From Candidatus Woesearchaeota archaeon (GTDB lineage: Archaea > Nanobdellota > Nanobdellia > SCGC-AAA011-G17 > JAGVZF01): a stretch of 57,453 nt of DNA. The stretch is from the NCBI GenBank assembly GCA_964549185.1, contig CAZJUI010000005.1, positions 1-57,453 on the forward strand, written 5' to 3'. Position 1 is the first letter of the stretch. Each line of letters begins with the position of its first letter. Below, in pieces: positions 28,939 through 37,536 of this stretch. The notes below the pieces were generated by a model. It saw only the letters and a program-made list of their open reading frames with translations. It searched no databases and was not told the origin of the DNA. Both the position numbers and the translations under genes were made by a program.

Positions 28939-30786
28939 ATGAAAATATTAACAATTCACTCTGATCATCTAAAAGTTGAAGCAAAAAAGAAGGCAATAAA
29001 GAATGCTGAAGAAATTATTAAAGGAGAGTTAGAAGTTGAAAATTGTTTAGTGGTATTAACAGCTGTTGAAAAGAGAGATGAAAGTGATTTAAATAGAGCA
29101 GCTCAATTACTAGTTAAAGAGATTGAAGATGTTGCTAAGCAAGTTAATGAAAAAACAATTGTTCTTTATCCTTATGCTCATTTGAGCAATGAGCTAGCTT
29201 TGCCAGATAGAGCATTGATTGTCTTAAAGAAAGCTGAAGAGTTATTAAAAATAAAAAAATATAATGTTTTTAGAGCATGGTTTGGATGGTATAAGGCATT
29301 TGAATTAAAGGCTAAAGGACATCCATTAGCAGAGTTAAGCAGAGAATTTTATCCTGATCAAAAAGAAGAAGAAAATGTTGCAGTACAAGAAGAAAAGAAA
29401 TTAAAAAGTAAATGGTATATTCTAGAACCAAGTGGAAAGTTAAATGATTTAGGTAAATTTGATTTTAAAGATAATAAAAATTTAAAGATATTTTCTAAAT
29501 ATGAGGAGAGTAAAGTAAGAGAGGTGAAAGATATTCCTGCTCATGTTAAATTAATGAAGAAATTAGAGCTAGTTGATTATGAAGAAGCAAGCGATCCTGG
29601 AAACTTTAGATATTATCCAAAGGGAAGGTTGATTAAAAGTTTGATTGAAACTTATGTTACAGAAAGAACGATAAAATATGGGGCTTTTGAAGTTGAAAGC
29701 CCGATAATGTATAATTTTAATCATCCAGCTTTAGCAAAATATGTACAAAGATTTCCAGCAAGACAATATATAATTGAAAGTGATAAAAATAGATATTTCT
29801 TGAGATTTTCAGCTTGTTTTGGGCAGTTTTTAATTGCTCATGATAGTACAATAAGCTATAAAAATTTACCTTATAGAATTTATGAGTTAACAAGATATAG
29901 TTTTAGGAGAGAACAAAGAGGAGAGTTAACTGGATTGAGAAGATTAAGAGCATTTACAATGCCGGATGTTCATTGTATGTGTCAAGATATGAAACAAGCT
30001 TTAGAAGAATATAAAGTAAGATTTAATTTATGCAAGGAAGTTTTAACATCTATTGGATTTAGCTTAGATGATTTTGAGCTAGCTTTTAGAGTGACTAAAG
30101 ACTTTTATGATAAAAATAAAGAATTAATTAATAATTTAGTAAAAGATATTGGAAAACCTGTATTATTAGAGATGTGGGATGAAAGGAAATTTTACTTTGT
30201 ATTAAAATATGAATTTAATTTTGTTGATGGAAATGAGAAGGCAAGTGCATTATCAACTGATCAGATAGATGTTGAAAATGGAGAGAGATTTGATATTAAT
30301 TTTATTAACAAAGAAGGGAAAAAAGAACATCCATTAATATTGCATTGTAGTCCTTCTGGAGCTGTTGAAAGAGTTATTTATGCTTTGCTTGAGAAAGCAG
30401 CTAAAGAGAAAGTACAAAAATTACCTTTATGGCTTACTCCTACTCAAATAAGAATAATTCCAGTAAGTAAGGATAAACATTTAAAATTTGCTGAGAAATT
30501 AGCTGATGAATTTGAAAATATTAGGGTTGATATTGATGATAATGATGATACAATAAATAAAAGAATAAGAAATGCAGAGGAAGAATGGTGTAGCTATATA
30601 TTAGTTGTTGGAGATAAAGAAATGGATGGGAAGAAGTTAATGGTAAGAAGAAGAGAGGATGGAAAGCAATTGGAGATGAGTAAAGAAGAGTTAGTTAAGG
30701 AAATTAAAAGTAAAACAAAAAATATGCCATTTAAAGTTTTAAGTTTACCAAGGTTATTGAGTAAGAGAGCTATATTTTCAAAATGA
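28939..30786 (+). CDS. thrS: threonyl-tRNA synthetase, archaeal type with N-terminal D-aminoacyl-tRNA-deacylase-like editing domain
   Basis: 615 aa. N-terminus MKILTIHSDHLKVEAKKKA (archaeal tRNA-Thr editing domain). Class II core (FRYYPKG, RLRAFTMPDVH, LHCSPSGAVERVIYALLE) and a C-terminal anticodon-binding domain. Confidence 0.93.
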   Translation: MKILTIHSDHLKVEAKKKAIKNAEEIIKGELEVENCLVVLTAVEKRDESDLNRAAQLLVKEIEDVAKQVNEKTIVLYPYAHLSNELALPDRALIVLKKAEELLKIKKYNVFRAWFGWYKAFELKAKGHPLAELSREFYPDQKEEENVAVQEEKKLKSKWYILEPSGKLNDLGKFDFKDNKNLKIFSKYEESKVREVKDIPAHVKLMKKLELVDYEEASDPGNFRYYPKGRLIKSLIETYVTERTIKYGAFEVESPIMYNFNHPALAKYVQRFPARQYIIESDKNRYFLRFSACFGQFLIAHDSTISYKNLPYRIYELTRYSFRREQRGELTGLRRLRAFTMPDVHCMCQDMKQALEEYKVRFNLCKEVLTSIGFSLDDFELAFRVTKDFYDKNKELINNLVKDIGKPVLLEMWDERKFYFVLKYEFNFVDGNEKASALSTDQIDVENGERFDINFINKEGKKEHPLILHCSPSGAVERVIYALLEKAAKEKVQKLPLWLTPTQIRIIPVSKDKHLKFAEKLADEFENIRVDIDDNDDTINKRIRNAEEEWCSYILVVGDKEMDGKKLMVRRREDGKQLEMSKEELVKEIKSKTKNMPFKVLSLPRLLSKRAIFSK

Positions 30787-31274
30787 TAGAGAACTTAAAA
30801 AGAGACTTTGAAACATTACAAGAAAATAAGAAGTTTAAAGAATGGAAAGAGAAAAATAAAGAAAGTTATCTATGTTCTGCTTTTTTAATGAATGAAGATA
30901 GTTGGCAGATTGATTATTTTAATCCAAAAACTTGGGAGATAACTGGGTTTATGATTATTAAGGAAGATGTTAAGATTAATAAAGCTGATAAAGTTTTTCA
31001 GAAAGAGAAAGAGAAATTAAAAGAGTTAGTTATTGAGAATGTTAAAGTAAGTTATGAAAAAGTAAATGAGAAGATGAAAGATTTGTTGAAAGAGAAATAT
31101 CCTTATGAAAATCCAGATAAGAAAATATTTGTTTTGCAAGTTATTGATGAAACTGTTTGGAATATTACATTTATTAATTCTAGTTTTAATATATTAAATG
31201 TAAAGATAAGCGCTGAGAATGGGAAAGTTTTAAGTGAGAATTTAAGTCCTGTGTTTAGTTTTAAAGAAAAATAG
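30783..31274 (+). CDS. hypothetical protein (163 aa), start overlaps thrS stop (ATGA)
   Basis: Intact ORF that is translationally coupled to thrS. It has a weak PepSY-like flavour only. Confidence 0.55.
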   Translation: MIENLKRDFETLQENKKFKEWKEKNKESYLCSAFLMNEDSWQIDYFNPKTWEITGFMIIKEDVKINKADKVFQKEKEKLKELVIENVKVSYEKVNEKMKDLLKEKYPYENPDKKIFVLQVIDETVWNITFINSSFNILNVKISAENGKVLSENLSPVFSFKEK

Positions 31275-31276
31275 TT

Positions 31277-31735
31277 TTATTTAATATCTTTAATTAAAAT
31301 ATCTATTTGATTAATAAAGGGATTAATTGTATTAATAAAGAGTTCTTGTGCTCTTTTATTACCTATTTCATCCAGATTCATGTTATAATGATTTAATCTT
31401 TGAGACTGCACTTTTGATAATGATTCTGCTAGACTTTTATAACCTAGTTCAGACAAAAAGATTTCAGAACACTTATGATCTTTTACTTCGAAGCCATGTT
31501 TTGCTATCAATGCATTTGCCCTGTGCTCCATTGCATAAAATCCAATGATAAAAATTATAGAAGGAGTTTTAGTTACTAGAATCTCCTCAGCTCCCTTCAT
31601 AAAATAATCTGAATTACTCAGCATTAATTTAACTTTATTATTTTTCTCTGTTTCTGTTTTTATTTTTACAGCACCTGGTTGTTTAATGACTTGTTTTTCC
31701 TTTAGACATTCAACTTCAAATTTATTCAATTTCAT
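31277..31735 (-). CDS. HEPN-domain protein (partner of upstream MNT gene)
   Basis: FYAMEHRANALIAKHGFEVKDHKCSEIFLSEL matches the remembered HEPN helix pattern (aEkaLKAll...g....tHdl..L). It lies 22 nt downstream of a nucleotidyltransferase gene. I could not find a clean Rx4-6H motif. Confidence 0.5.
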   Translation of the reverse strand: MKLNKFEVECLKEKQVIKQPGAVKIKTETEKNNKVKLMLSNSDYFMKGAEEILVTKTPSIIFIIGFYAMEHRANALIAKHGFEVKDHKCSEIFLSELGYKSLAESLSKVQSQRLNHYNMNLDEIGNKRAQELFINTINPFINQIDILIKDIK

Positions 31736-31757
31736 CAACTCATAATTAGTTTTTATT

Positions 31758-32393
31758 CTATATAATCTTCCTTGTGTTTTCTATAAAATAATTGTATAAA
31801 TCTATGCCATCTTTATTAACTTCCATAATAAATGATGTTTTTATTTTTTGATCATTATTGTATTCATCTATTGTCATTATATTCAGATTAATTTTATTTT
31901 TAATTTTTTTTTGTATCTCATTTGCAATTTTATGCAATTTATTTGTATTTCCATTATTTGATATTAATATAAGAATATCTATATCGCTGTATAAACTTGC
32001 TGTTCCTCTAGCTGTGCTTCCAAATAAGATTGCTCCCTTTAGTTCTATTTTTCCAGATAAATAAATTTTTTTAACAAGCAAGTGCAATAAATTCCATGTG
32101 CTAAGCAGTATTTTGTTTTTTCTTTCTTGAATTTTTTCTACATCAAATAATTTTATAAACAAAAAAGAATATTCATTGTATACATTAATTCGATAATGTT
32201 TTAGTTTACCTTTTGCCCTAATTCCGATTATTATTTTATTATTTTCGAGTTTTTTAACTTCCCTATGCAATATTCCTCTAGATATTTTGGTTTCTTTTTC
32301 TAAATCTTCAAGACTTAGAGAGCTATTTATCTCTATTAAAGTCCTTAATATCTTCACTTTGCTTTCAGATCCTACTATATCTTCTACAAACAT
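31758..32393 (-). CDS. winged-helix DNA-binding domain fused to minimal nucleotidyltransferase (MNT)
   Basis: N-terminal wHTH (SKVKILRTLIEINSSLSLEDLEKETKISRGILHREVKKLENNKII) and C-terminal MNT signature ILFGSTARGTASLYSDIDILILI. The first ATG is 32393. The track start at 32453 is a TTG inside a repeat. Confidence 0.75.
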   Translation of the reverse strand: MFVEDIVGSESKVKILRTLIEINSSLSLEDLEKETKISRGILHREVKKLENNKIIIGIRAKGKLKHYRINVYNEYSFLFIKLFDVEKIQERKNKILLSTWNLLHLLVKKIYLSGKIELKGAILFGSTARGTASLYSDIDILILISNNGNTNKLHKIANEIQKKIKNKINLNIMTIDEYNNDQKIKTSFIMEVNKDGIDLYNYFIENTRKII

Positions 32394-32396
32394 TTT

Positions 32397-32520
32397 ATTC
32401 AATAAAGTGAATTTTAATGATATTTCATAGTATATAAAGTTTATTATATTCAATAAAGTGAATATATTATGTATATTCTCTCTTAATTAATCGTTAAATA
32501 TTCAATAAAGTGAATATATT
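32397..32520. repeat. three direct copies of palindromic motif ATTCA-N6-TGAAT (attcaataaagtgaat), candidate operator array
   Basis: Copies lie at 32397-32412, 32448-32468 and 32500-32520. The last two are identical over 21 nt (attcaataaagtgaatatatt). Starts are 51 and 52 nt apart, and copy 1 lies 4 nt upstream of the wHTH-MNT ATG. Confidence 0.8.
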
Positions 32521-32580
32521 GTGGATTGGTATAGTTTAATATTAAAGAGATTTAAATAGTTCATAAATTTATTATTTAAT

Positions 32581-33264
32581 ATGAAACTAAACAATAAAAT
32601 AATTGTAATAACAGGAGCTGGAAAAGGCTTAGGTAAAGAATTAGCTATAATGTTTGCAAAAGAAGGAGCAAAAGTTGTAGTAAGTTCTAGAACAAAGAAA
32701 GATCTTGATGGAGTTGAAAAAGAAACAAATGCTTATCCAATTATTGCTGATGTAAGAGATGAAAAACAAGTAAAAAAACTAGCAGAATTAACAATTAAAA
32801 AATTTAAGAAAATTGATATTTGGATAAATAATGCAGGAGTAAGAATACCCCATAATAATATTGAAGAAACTGATTGGAAAAGAGCTCATGATATGATTGA
32901 AATAAATTTATTTGGAACTATTTATGGATCTAAAGAAGCTATTATTCAAATGAAGAAACAAAAATCAGGAATAATAATCAATATTTTATCAACAAGTGCA
33001 TTAGAAGGTAGGTCTAATTTGTCAGCGTATGCTGCGAGCAAGTTTGCTGTTGTTGGATTTACACAATCATTAAGAGCAGAAGCAAAACCATATAAGATTC
33101 AAGTTATTTCAGTTTATCCTGGAGGTATGAAAACTGAATTCTTTAGAGAACAAATTCCAAGTGATTATGAACAATATCAAGATCCTAAAATTGTTGCTGA
33201 AGGAATAATCAATAATTTAAAAAAAGATAAAATTGAAGAAGAATTAATATTAAGAAGAAAGTAA
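32581..33264 (+). CDS. short-chain dehydrogenase/reductase (SDR)
   Basis: Cofactor motif ITGAGKGLGKE, NNAG, and catalytic S...YAASK. Confidence 0.9.
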   Translation: MKLNNKIIVITGAGKGLGKELAIMFAKEGAKVVVSSRTKKDLDGVEKETNAYPIIADVRDEKQVKKLAELTIKKFKKIDIWINNAGVRIPHNNIEETDWKRAHDMIEINLFGTIYGSKEAIIQMKKQKSGIIINILSTSALEGRSNLSAYAASKFAVVGFTQSLRAEAKPYKIQVISVYPGGMKTEFFREQIPSDYEQYQDPKIVAEGIINNLKKDKIEEELILRRK

Positions 33265-33372
33265 AAATCTTATTGATTCTTATAACCTTATCTTATTGGT
33301 TTGTATATATCACCATTTTTAAATGATTATAAATAGAAGGTTTTAAATACAGGTTGAAAATATCGAGAAAAC

Positions 33373-34380
33373 ATGCCAACTAGAAGAGATTTTTTAAGAT
33401 ATTGTGGAATATCTATTGGGGTTTCTTTATTGGATTCTTTATTGCCTATAAATTTACATGATGATAATAATTTAGATACCTTAGATTTAATTTATATGGG
33501 AGATTTACATGATTTATATAATGCGCAAGCATTAGCTTTATTGGGTAGTAATCCAGAAGATGCTAAAATATTGGGGGGATTAGTTACCACCTTAGAAGAT
33601 GAAACAAGAATAGTCAATACCTTATCTGCATCTAAGAATGATATTTTAGAAATTTCTATAGCAAAATCTAAAGAATTTCGTAAGAAAAAAGCTACAAGAG
33701 ATGAGCATAAAGAGTTAATAGAGCATACTTCATATAAGTCAAGACAAATTAATGATATGTTAAGAAATGAAACTAAATTTTTTATTTATAGAATTAGGGA
33801 GGGAATTTTTATTGCCTATAAATATGATAGACAACAGATATCTGAATCAGAAGTTAAAACATTGGAAGCATATAAAGATCCATTATCCTCTTTTAATAGG
33901 ACAAAATCTATTGATGATAAATTAAAAAGAAGTGTTACATATACTATACAAAATTCTTCCCCTGATATTGGAGATATTTATTCTGCAGCAAATGATGAGA
34001 CTCATTTTAAAGTTTTAATGGGATTAGCTACAATAGAATCTTTGGGCAATCCTTATTTAGTAGGATTGGCTGGAGAAGTTGGAAGATTTCAAATAAAACC
34101 AGAAATTGCAAGAAGAATAATGGCCCAGGATGAAAGATTTGAATTTAGTTCAGAAGATGAAATGCTAGCAAGATTAGTTATTGATACAAGAATGAGTGCT
34201 ATTATGGCAAGCATAATACTAAATGATGTTCCATTAGATTATCCTGAAAAAGTATATGGGTATAATGTAGGTGTAAAAATGGCAAGAAGGGGAAAGGTTG
34301 AAGATTTAAGAGAACATTGGTATGTTAAGAAATTTGAAAATGCGTTTGGAATTTTAGATAGAAAAGAATATCTTTCATAA
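33373..34380 (+). CDS. Tat-signal protein with C-terminal lytic transglycosylase (GH23/SLT)-like domain
   Basis: The N-terminus MPTRRDFLRYCGISIGVSLL has the twin-arginine motif RRxFL. C-terminal TIESLGNPYLVGLAGEVGRFQIKPEIA matches the SLT core E-S-x-x-N-P....AG..G..Q..P. Confidence 0.65.
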   Translation: MPTRRDFLRYCGISIGVSLLDSLLPINLHDDNNLDTLDLIYMGDLHDLYNAQALALLGSNPEDAKILGGLVTTLEDETRIVNTLSASKNDILEISIAKSKEFRKKKATRDEHKELIEHTSYKSRQINDMLRNETKFFIYRIREGIFIAYKYDRQQISESEVKTLEAYKDPLSSFNRTKSIDDKLKRSVTYTIQNSSPDIGDIYSAANDETHFKVLMGLATIESLGNPYLVGLAGEVGRFQIKPEIARRIMAQDERFEFSSEDEMLARLVIDTRMSAIMASIILNDVPLDYPEKVYGYNVGVKMARRGKVEDLREHWYVKKFENAFGILDRKEYLS

Positions 34381-34394
34381 AATTAAAAATGAAG

Positions 34395-34469
34395 TGCTCC
34401 TGCCGGGATTTGAACCCGGGTTACAGGATCGAAAGTCCCGTGTCCTGGACCGAACTAGACTACAGGAGC
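34395..34469 (-). tRNA. tRNA-Glu (UUC)
   Basis: Reverse complement GCTCCTGTAGTCTAGTTCGGTCCAGGACACGGGACTTTCGATCCTGTAACCCGGGTTCAAATCCCGGCAGGAGCA. Anticodon loop CTTTCGA, and acceptor and T arms are fully paired. Confidence 0.9.
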
Positions 34470-34568
34470 ATAAGGAAATTTAGAATTTATATGTTTTAAA
34501 AAGGTTTCTATAATGATTTTTATGTTGCAAATGATAAATTATAAATATAAGAAACTCTTAAAATTATC

Positions 34569-34976
34569 ATGGTAAAAATAAAGCTCTTGGGTGTTGAAAG
34601 ATCAGAGAAACACCATTTTTATCTTTTCTTTAAAACTCAGGAATTTTTCCCATTCATGAGAAATTTACTAAAAGATTTGGGATTTGATATTTCAACTTAT
34701 GAATCATTTGGAAGACCTACAGATAAGAAATATGGTGAACCTATTCAAGATCAAGAAGAAGAAATTAAAAAATATACAGATGAAAAATTCAAATTTCAGA
34801 ATGATGAATATTTCATTGAAGTTATTTTTGGAAAGAATAAAGTTTTTTTAATGATTCATACGGAGAGTGATAGGCAAAGTAAATTAATCGATATTTTAAA
34901 TAAATATTGTAAATTCCAAAAGGTTCCTTATAAAAAGAAACCTAGTAAACTTATAAGCCACATTTCTTCTAAATAA
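34569..34976 (+). CDS. hypothetical protein (135 aa)
   Basis: ATG ORF lying between two tRNA genes. No motif recognised. Confidence 0.5.
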   Translation: MVKIKLLGVERSEKHHFYLFFKTQEFFPFMRNLLKDLGFDISTYESFGRPTDKKYGEPIQDQEEEIKKYTDEKFKFQNDEYFIEVIFGKNKVFLMIHTESDRQSKLIDILNKYCKFQKVPYKKKPSKLISHISSK

Positions 34977-34979
34977 ATA

Positions 34980-35087
34980 TGGGCCCAAGGAGATTTGAAC
35001 TCCCGACCCCCAGCTCACTTAGGGTCCCAGATGTTGCCTGGAATGTCATATAAGACTGGTGCTCTAACCAGGCTGAGCTATGGGCCC
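34980..35087 (-). tRNA. tRNA-Ile (UAU) with a 33-nt canonical-position BHB intron
   Basis: Reverse complement GGGCCCATAGCTCAGCCTGGTTAGAGCACCAGT-CTTATA[intron]A-GCTGGGGGTCGGGAGTTCAAATCTCCTTGGGCCCA. The mature anticodon loop is CUUAUAA, so the anticodon is UAU. The GGGCCC acceptor is typical of archaeal tRNA-Ile. Confidence 0.85.
35016..35048 (-). other. tRNA-Ile intron (33 nt, between positions 37/38)
   Basis: The central 4-bp helix CUUA (nt 32-35) pairs with UAAG near the intron 3' end and is flanked by 3-nt bulges UAU and UGA. Cutting after the second bulge nucleotide on each strand gives exactly the 37/38 junction. Confidence 0.8.
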
Positions 35088-35188
35088 ATTAAACAATAAA
35101 AGCTTTTAGAATTATATTTAAAGGTTTTGGATGGTTTTTGGTTAAGTAATAACACTAATCTTTTAAATTTATCTTACTTATAATTAGT

Positions 35189-35629
35189 ATGAATGGAAAG
35201 TATTATGTTGATACATGTATTTGGTTAAATTTTTTTCAAAAAGAAGGTGATGAAAGCAGGGGAATTCCATATTGGAAGTTAGCAGAGGATTTTCTAGATA
35301 AAGTAATTTTTTCTGAAAGCGATATTATAATTTATTCGGATGTTATTCTAAGGGAATTACAAATAATATTAAGTGAAAAAGAATATAAAAATGCCAAGAA
35401 TTTTTTAGAAAATGAATTAAAATTTCAATTTATTAAAATTTTGATAGAAGATAGAAATGAAGCCAGAAAATTAGAATCTAAATATGGATTTAGTATAGGT
35501 TTTTATGATCTTGTGCACATTTCTATATCAAAAAGATTAAATTTTATTTTTGTAACTAGAGATAATCAATTGATAGAAATAGCCAAAGAGAATAATATAA
35601 ATGTAAAAAAACCTGAAGAACTATTATAA
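35189..35629 (+). CDS. PIN-domain (VapC-like) nuclease
   Basis: YYVDTCIWLNFF supplies the N-terminal acidic residue. YDLVHISISKR and FVTRDNQL fit the conserved PIN acidic positions. Confidence 0.7.
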   Translation: MNGKYYVDTCIWLNFFQKEGDESRGIPYWKLAEDFLDKVIFSESDIIIYSDVILRELQIILSEKEYKNAKNFLENELKFQFIKILIEDRNEARKLESKYGFSIGFYDLVHISISKRLNFIFVTRDNQLIEIAKENNINVKKPEELL

Positions 35630-35634
35630 CTTAT

Positions 35635-35865
35635 TTAATCTTTTTTATGAAAATCTTCCTTAGCTAGTATCTTTCTAGCTTTTCTTACTGCTTCAACAGA
35701 ATTTCCTATCTTTTTTATAGAACCTACTTGTTTATGCAATACAAATCTTCTGATAGCATCCCGTATAACATCAGACTTACTAGAATAATTTCCTTTATCA
35801 ACTATTTCATCAATTTCAGATTCTAGTCCTTTAGGTATTCTTACTTGAATTAAAGACATTGTCAT
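35635..35865 (-). CDS. ribbon-helix-helix (CopG/Arc-type) DNA-binding protein
   Basis: IQVRIPKGLESEIDEIV...YSSKSDVIRDAIRRFV has the beta-strand, helix, helix layout of RHH antitoxins and regulators. Confidence 0.65.
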   Translation of the reverse strand: MTMSLIQVRIPKGLESEIDEIVDKGNYSSKSDVIRDAIRRFVLHKQVGSIKKIGNSVEAVRKARKILAKEDFHKKD

Positions 35866-35958
35866 TGTATTACAAATGTAATGCTATTAGATATATAAGG
35901 TTTTCTATTGTGCTGTAGTTTCAATAAACTTATATATTATCGGTATTTATTCATAAAA

Positions 35959-36285
35959 ATGAAATCATCATTCTTAAAAATATACGGAGATTCTCCTATA
36001 CTTAGAGTTTTAGATTTTTTAATAACATTTGAAGATTTTGATTATTCTATGAAGGATATAGCAAAGAATTCTAAAATTGGATACACAACATTAAAATTAA
36101 TATGGAATGATTTAGTAAATAGAAATGTAGTTGTTCAAACAAGAGTGGTTGGAAAAGCTAAAATGTTTAAGTTAAATAAAGACAATCAAGAGATTAAGGA
36201 ATTTATTAAATTATATTGGATGGTTATAGATAGAGAGACTGATAGATTGTTAAAATCTAAAAAATTGGTTAGAGTTAGAAATTAA
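35959..36285 (+). CDS. winged-helix transcriptional regulator-like protein
   Basis: From ATG 35959: MKSSFLKIYGDSPILRVLDFLI...YSMKDIAKNSKIGYTTLKLIWNDLVNRNVVVQTRVVGKAKMFKLN, which is wHTH-like. The track ORF starts at TTG 35908. Confidence 0.6.
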   Translation: MKSSFLKIYGDSPILRVLDFLITFEDFDYSMKDIAKNSKIGYTTLKLIWNDLVNRNVVVQTRVVGKAKMFKLNKDNQEIKEFIKLYWMVIDRETDRLLKSKKLVRVRN

Positions 36286-36286
36286 A

Positions 36287-36360
36287 TGGGCGAGCCAGGA
36301 TTTGAACCTGGATCCATCGGTCTGGAGCCGACGACACTAACCGGCTTATGCTACACGCCC
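36287..36360 (-). tRNA. tRNA-Trp (CCA), no intron
   Basis: Reverse complement GGGCGTGTAGCATAAGCCGGTTAGTGTCGTCGGCTCCAGACCGATGGATCCAGGTTCAAATCCTGGCTCGCCCA. Anticodon loop CTCCAGA. There is one U-U mismatch in the acceptor stem (6:67). Confidence 0.85.
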
Positions 36361-36397
36361 TTAGATTATAGCTTAGAATGTTATTTTATAAAGCTTA

Positions 36398-37093
36398 TTA
36401 TTTATAATGTAAAAGAATTTCTTCTATCTCATCATCTGTTATAGAACAGCCATGAAGCTTGACTGCCCATAGTGCTCCATCTAATAAATCTTTTTTTAGC
36501 TCAGGATGAAAGCCTTTATTTGTGATATATTTATCAAGAATCTTTAGTTCATAAGCTGCTATTATTAGTTCAGATGAGCGTAGAATGTTTATTTTACTTA
36601 TTCTTGAATTAAATTCTTTTAATTTTTTAGTATCTACTTTTATATCTTTTCCAAGCTTTTTCTTTAATAATTTGGATAGTTTATAAGGATCTTCTACCAA
36701 CAACCTTATTGTTCTTTCATCTACAATTAAAGCATTTGAATTTAAGATAATAGCTAAGGCTAGACATTCAACTTCTGCTAAATCTAGAATTTTAATATAA
36801 TCATTTTTTGATTTAAAAATGTTATTTGCTATAGCTAATAATTTCAATGATTCTTGTCTTAATTCAGTTGATTGATATAAAGATAATGTATTTTCTTCTA
36901 AAATTTCTTTTATTGTTAATGCTTCTAGCTTAAATCTTTTTGATGCTAAAGGTTTAGTGATAACTTCCTGCTTTACAGAATCTGTGATGTAAAACTCACC
37001 TTGAAATTTTTTCTTTAATGGCTCAAGTATCCAAAGCAAGTTATTTACTGCTAAACTTATTATTGAACTTGAATCCATTGCTAAACTTTTCAT
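36398..37093 (-). CDS. hypothetical protein, possibly PIN-like
   Basis: The N-terminal MDSSSIISL... and ..VDERT.. weakly resemble PIN acidic positions. It is the last gene of a three-gene set with 4-nt overlaps. Confidence 0.45.
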   Translation of the reverse strand: MKSLAMDSSSIISLAVNNLLWILEPLKKKFQGEFYITDSVKQEVITKPLASKRFKLEALTIKEILEENTLSLYQSTELRQESLKLLAIANNIFKSKNDYIKILDLAEVECLALAIILNSNALIVDERTIRLLVEDPYKLSKLLKKKLGKDIKVDTKKLKEFNSRISKINILRSSELIIAAYELKILDKYITNKGFHPELKKDLLDGALWAVKLHGCSITDDEIEEILLHYK

Positions 37094-37536
37094 TTTGTTT
37101 GATTAAATAAATTTTGACATTTATTATTAATGCATCTAGTTTGTCCATTTCCTGCAATACCTGTACAAAAATCAGGACAAGTTGCATTTTTATTTACAAA
37201 TTTGTCATAATAATCTTTATTACCAACAAAGCACTCTCCTGTTTTAGTAATAATACCACCACAAATACAATCTGAGTCTTGTTGGCAAGTTAGTTTGTTT
37301 TGCAATGGTAAATTTATGTTTGAATAATTTAGTATTAAATAAATAATAGATCCAATTATGGCTAAAACCAATATAATCTTTAGTGAATTTTTTAATAATG
37401 AAAATATAAATAAAAGAATTATGATTGCGATTGCTATTCCAATAAAAGAGATTATTGCTAATCCTGTTAAAGAAAATATTATAATGGAAGCTATTAAAAT
37501 GATTATAATTGTTATTATATTCTTTATTAATTTCAT
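37090..37536 (-). CDS. membrane protein with extracellular Cys-rich C-terminal domain
   Basis: Three hydrophobic helices, followed by CQQDSDCICGG...C..C...C..C, about 10 Cys in total. Confidence 0.55.
   Translation of the reverse strand: MKLIKNIITIIIILIASIIIFSLTGLAIISFIGIAIAIIILLFIFSLLKNSLKIILVLAIIGSIIYLILNYSNINLPLQNKLTCQQDSDCICGGIITKTGECFVGNKDYYDKFVNKNATCPDFCTGIAGNGQTRCINNKCQNLFNQTK

Noticed and set aside
31277-31735. Catalytic HEPN RNase motif (R-x4-6-H) in the HEPN-like protein
   Set aside because: I found only R-x7-H (RANALIAKH) and R-x2-H (RLNH), so I do not claim nuclease activity. The HEPN call rests on helix pattern and on adjacency to MNT.
32397-32520. CRISPR array
   Set aside because: There are only three copies of a 16-21-nt palindromic AT-rich motif with ~30-35-nt intervening segments. 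There is no cas gene nearby, the repeat is too short, and it lies in a promoter region. An operator array fits better. No CRISPR-like repeats were seen elsewhere in the window.
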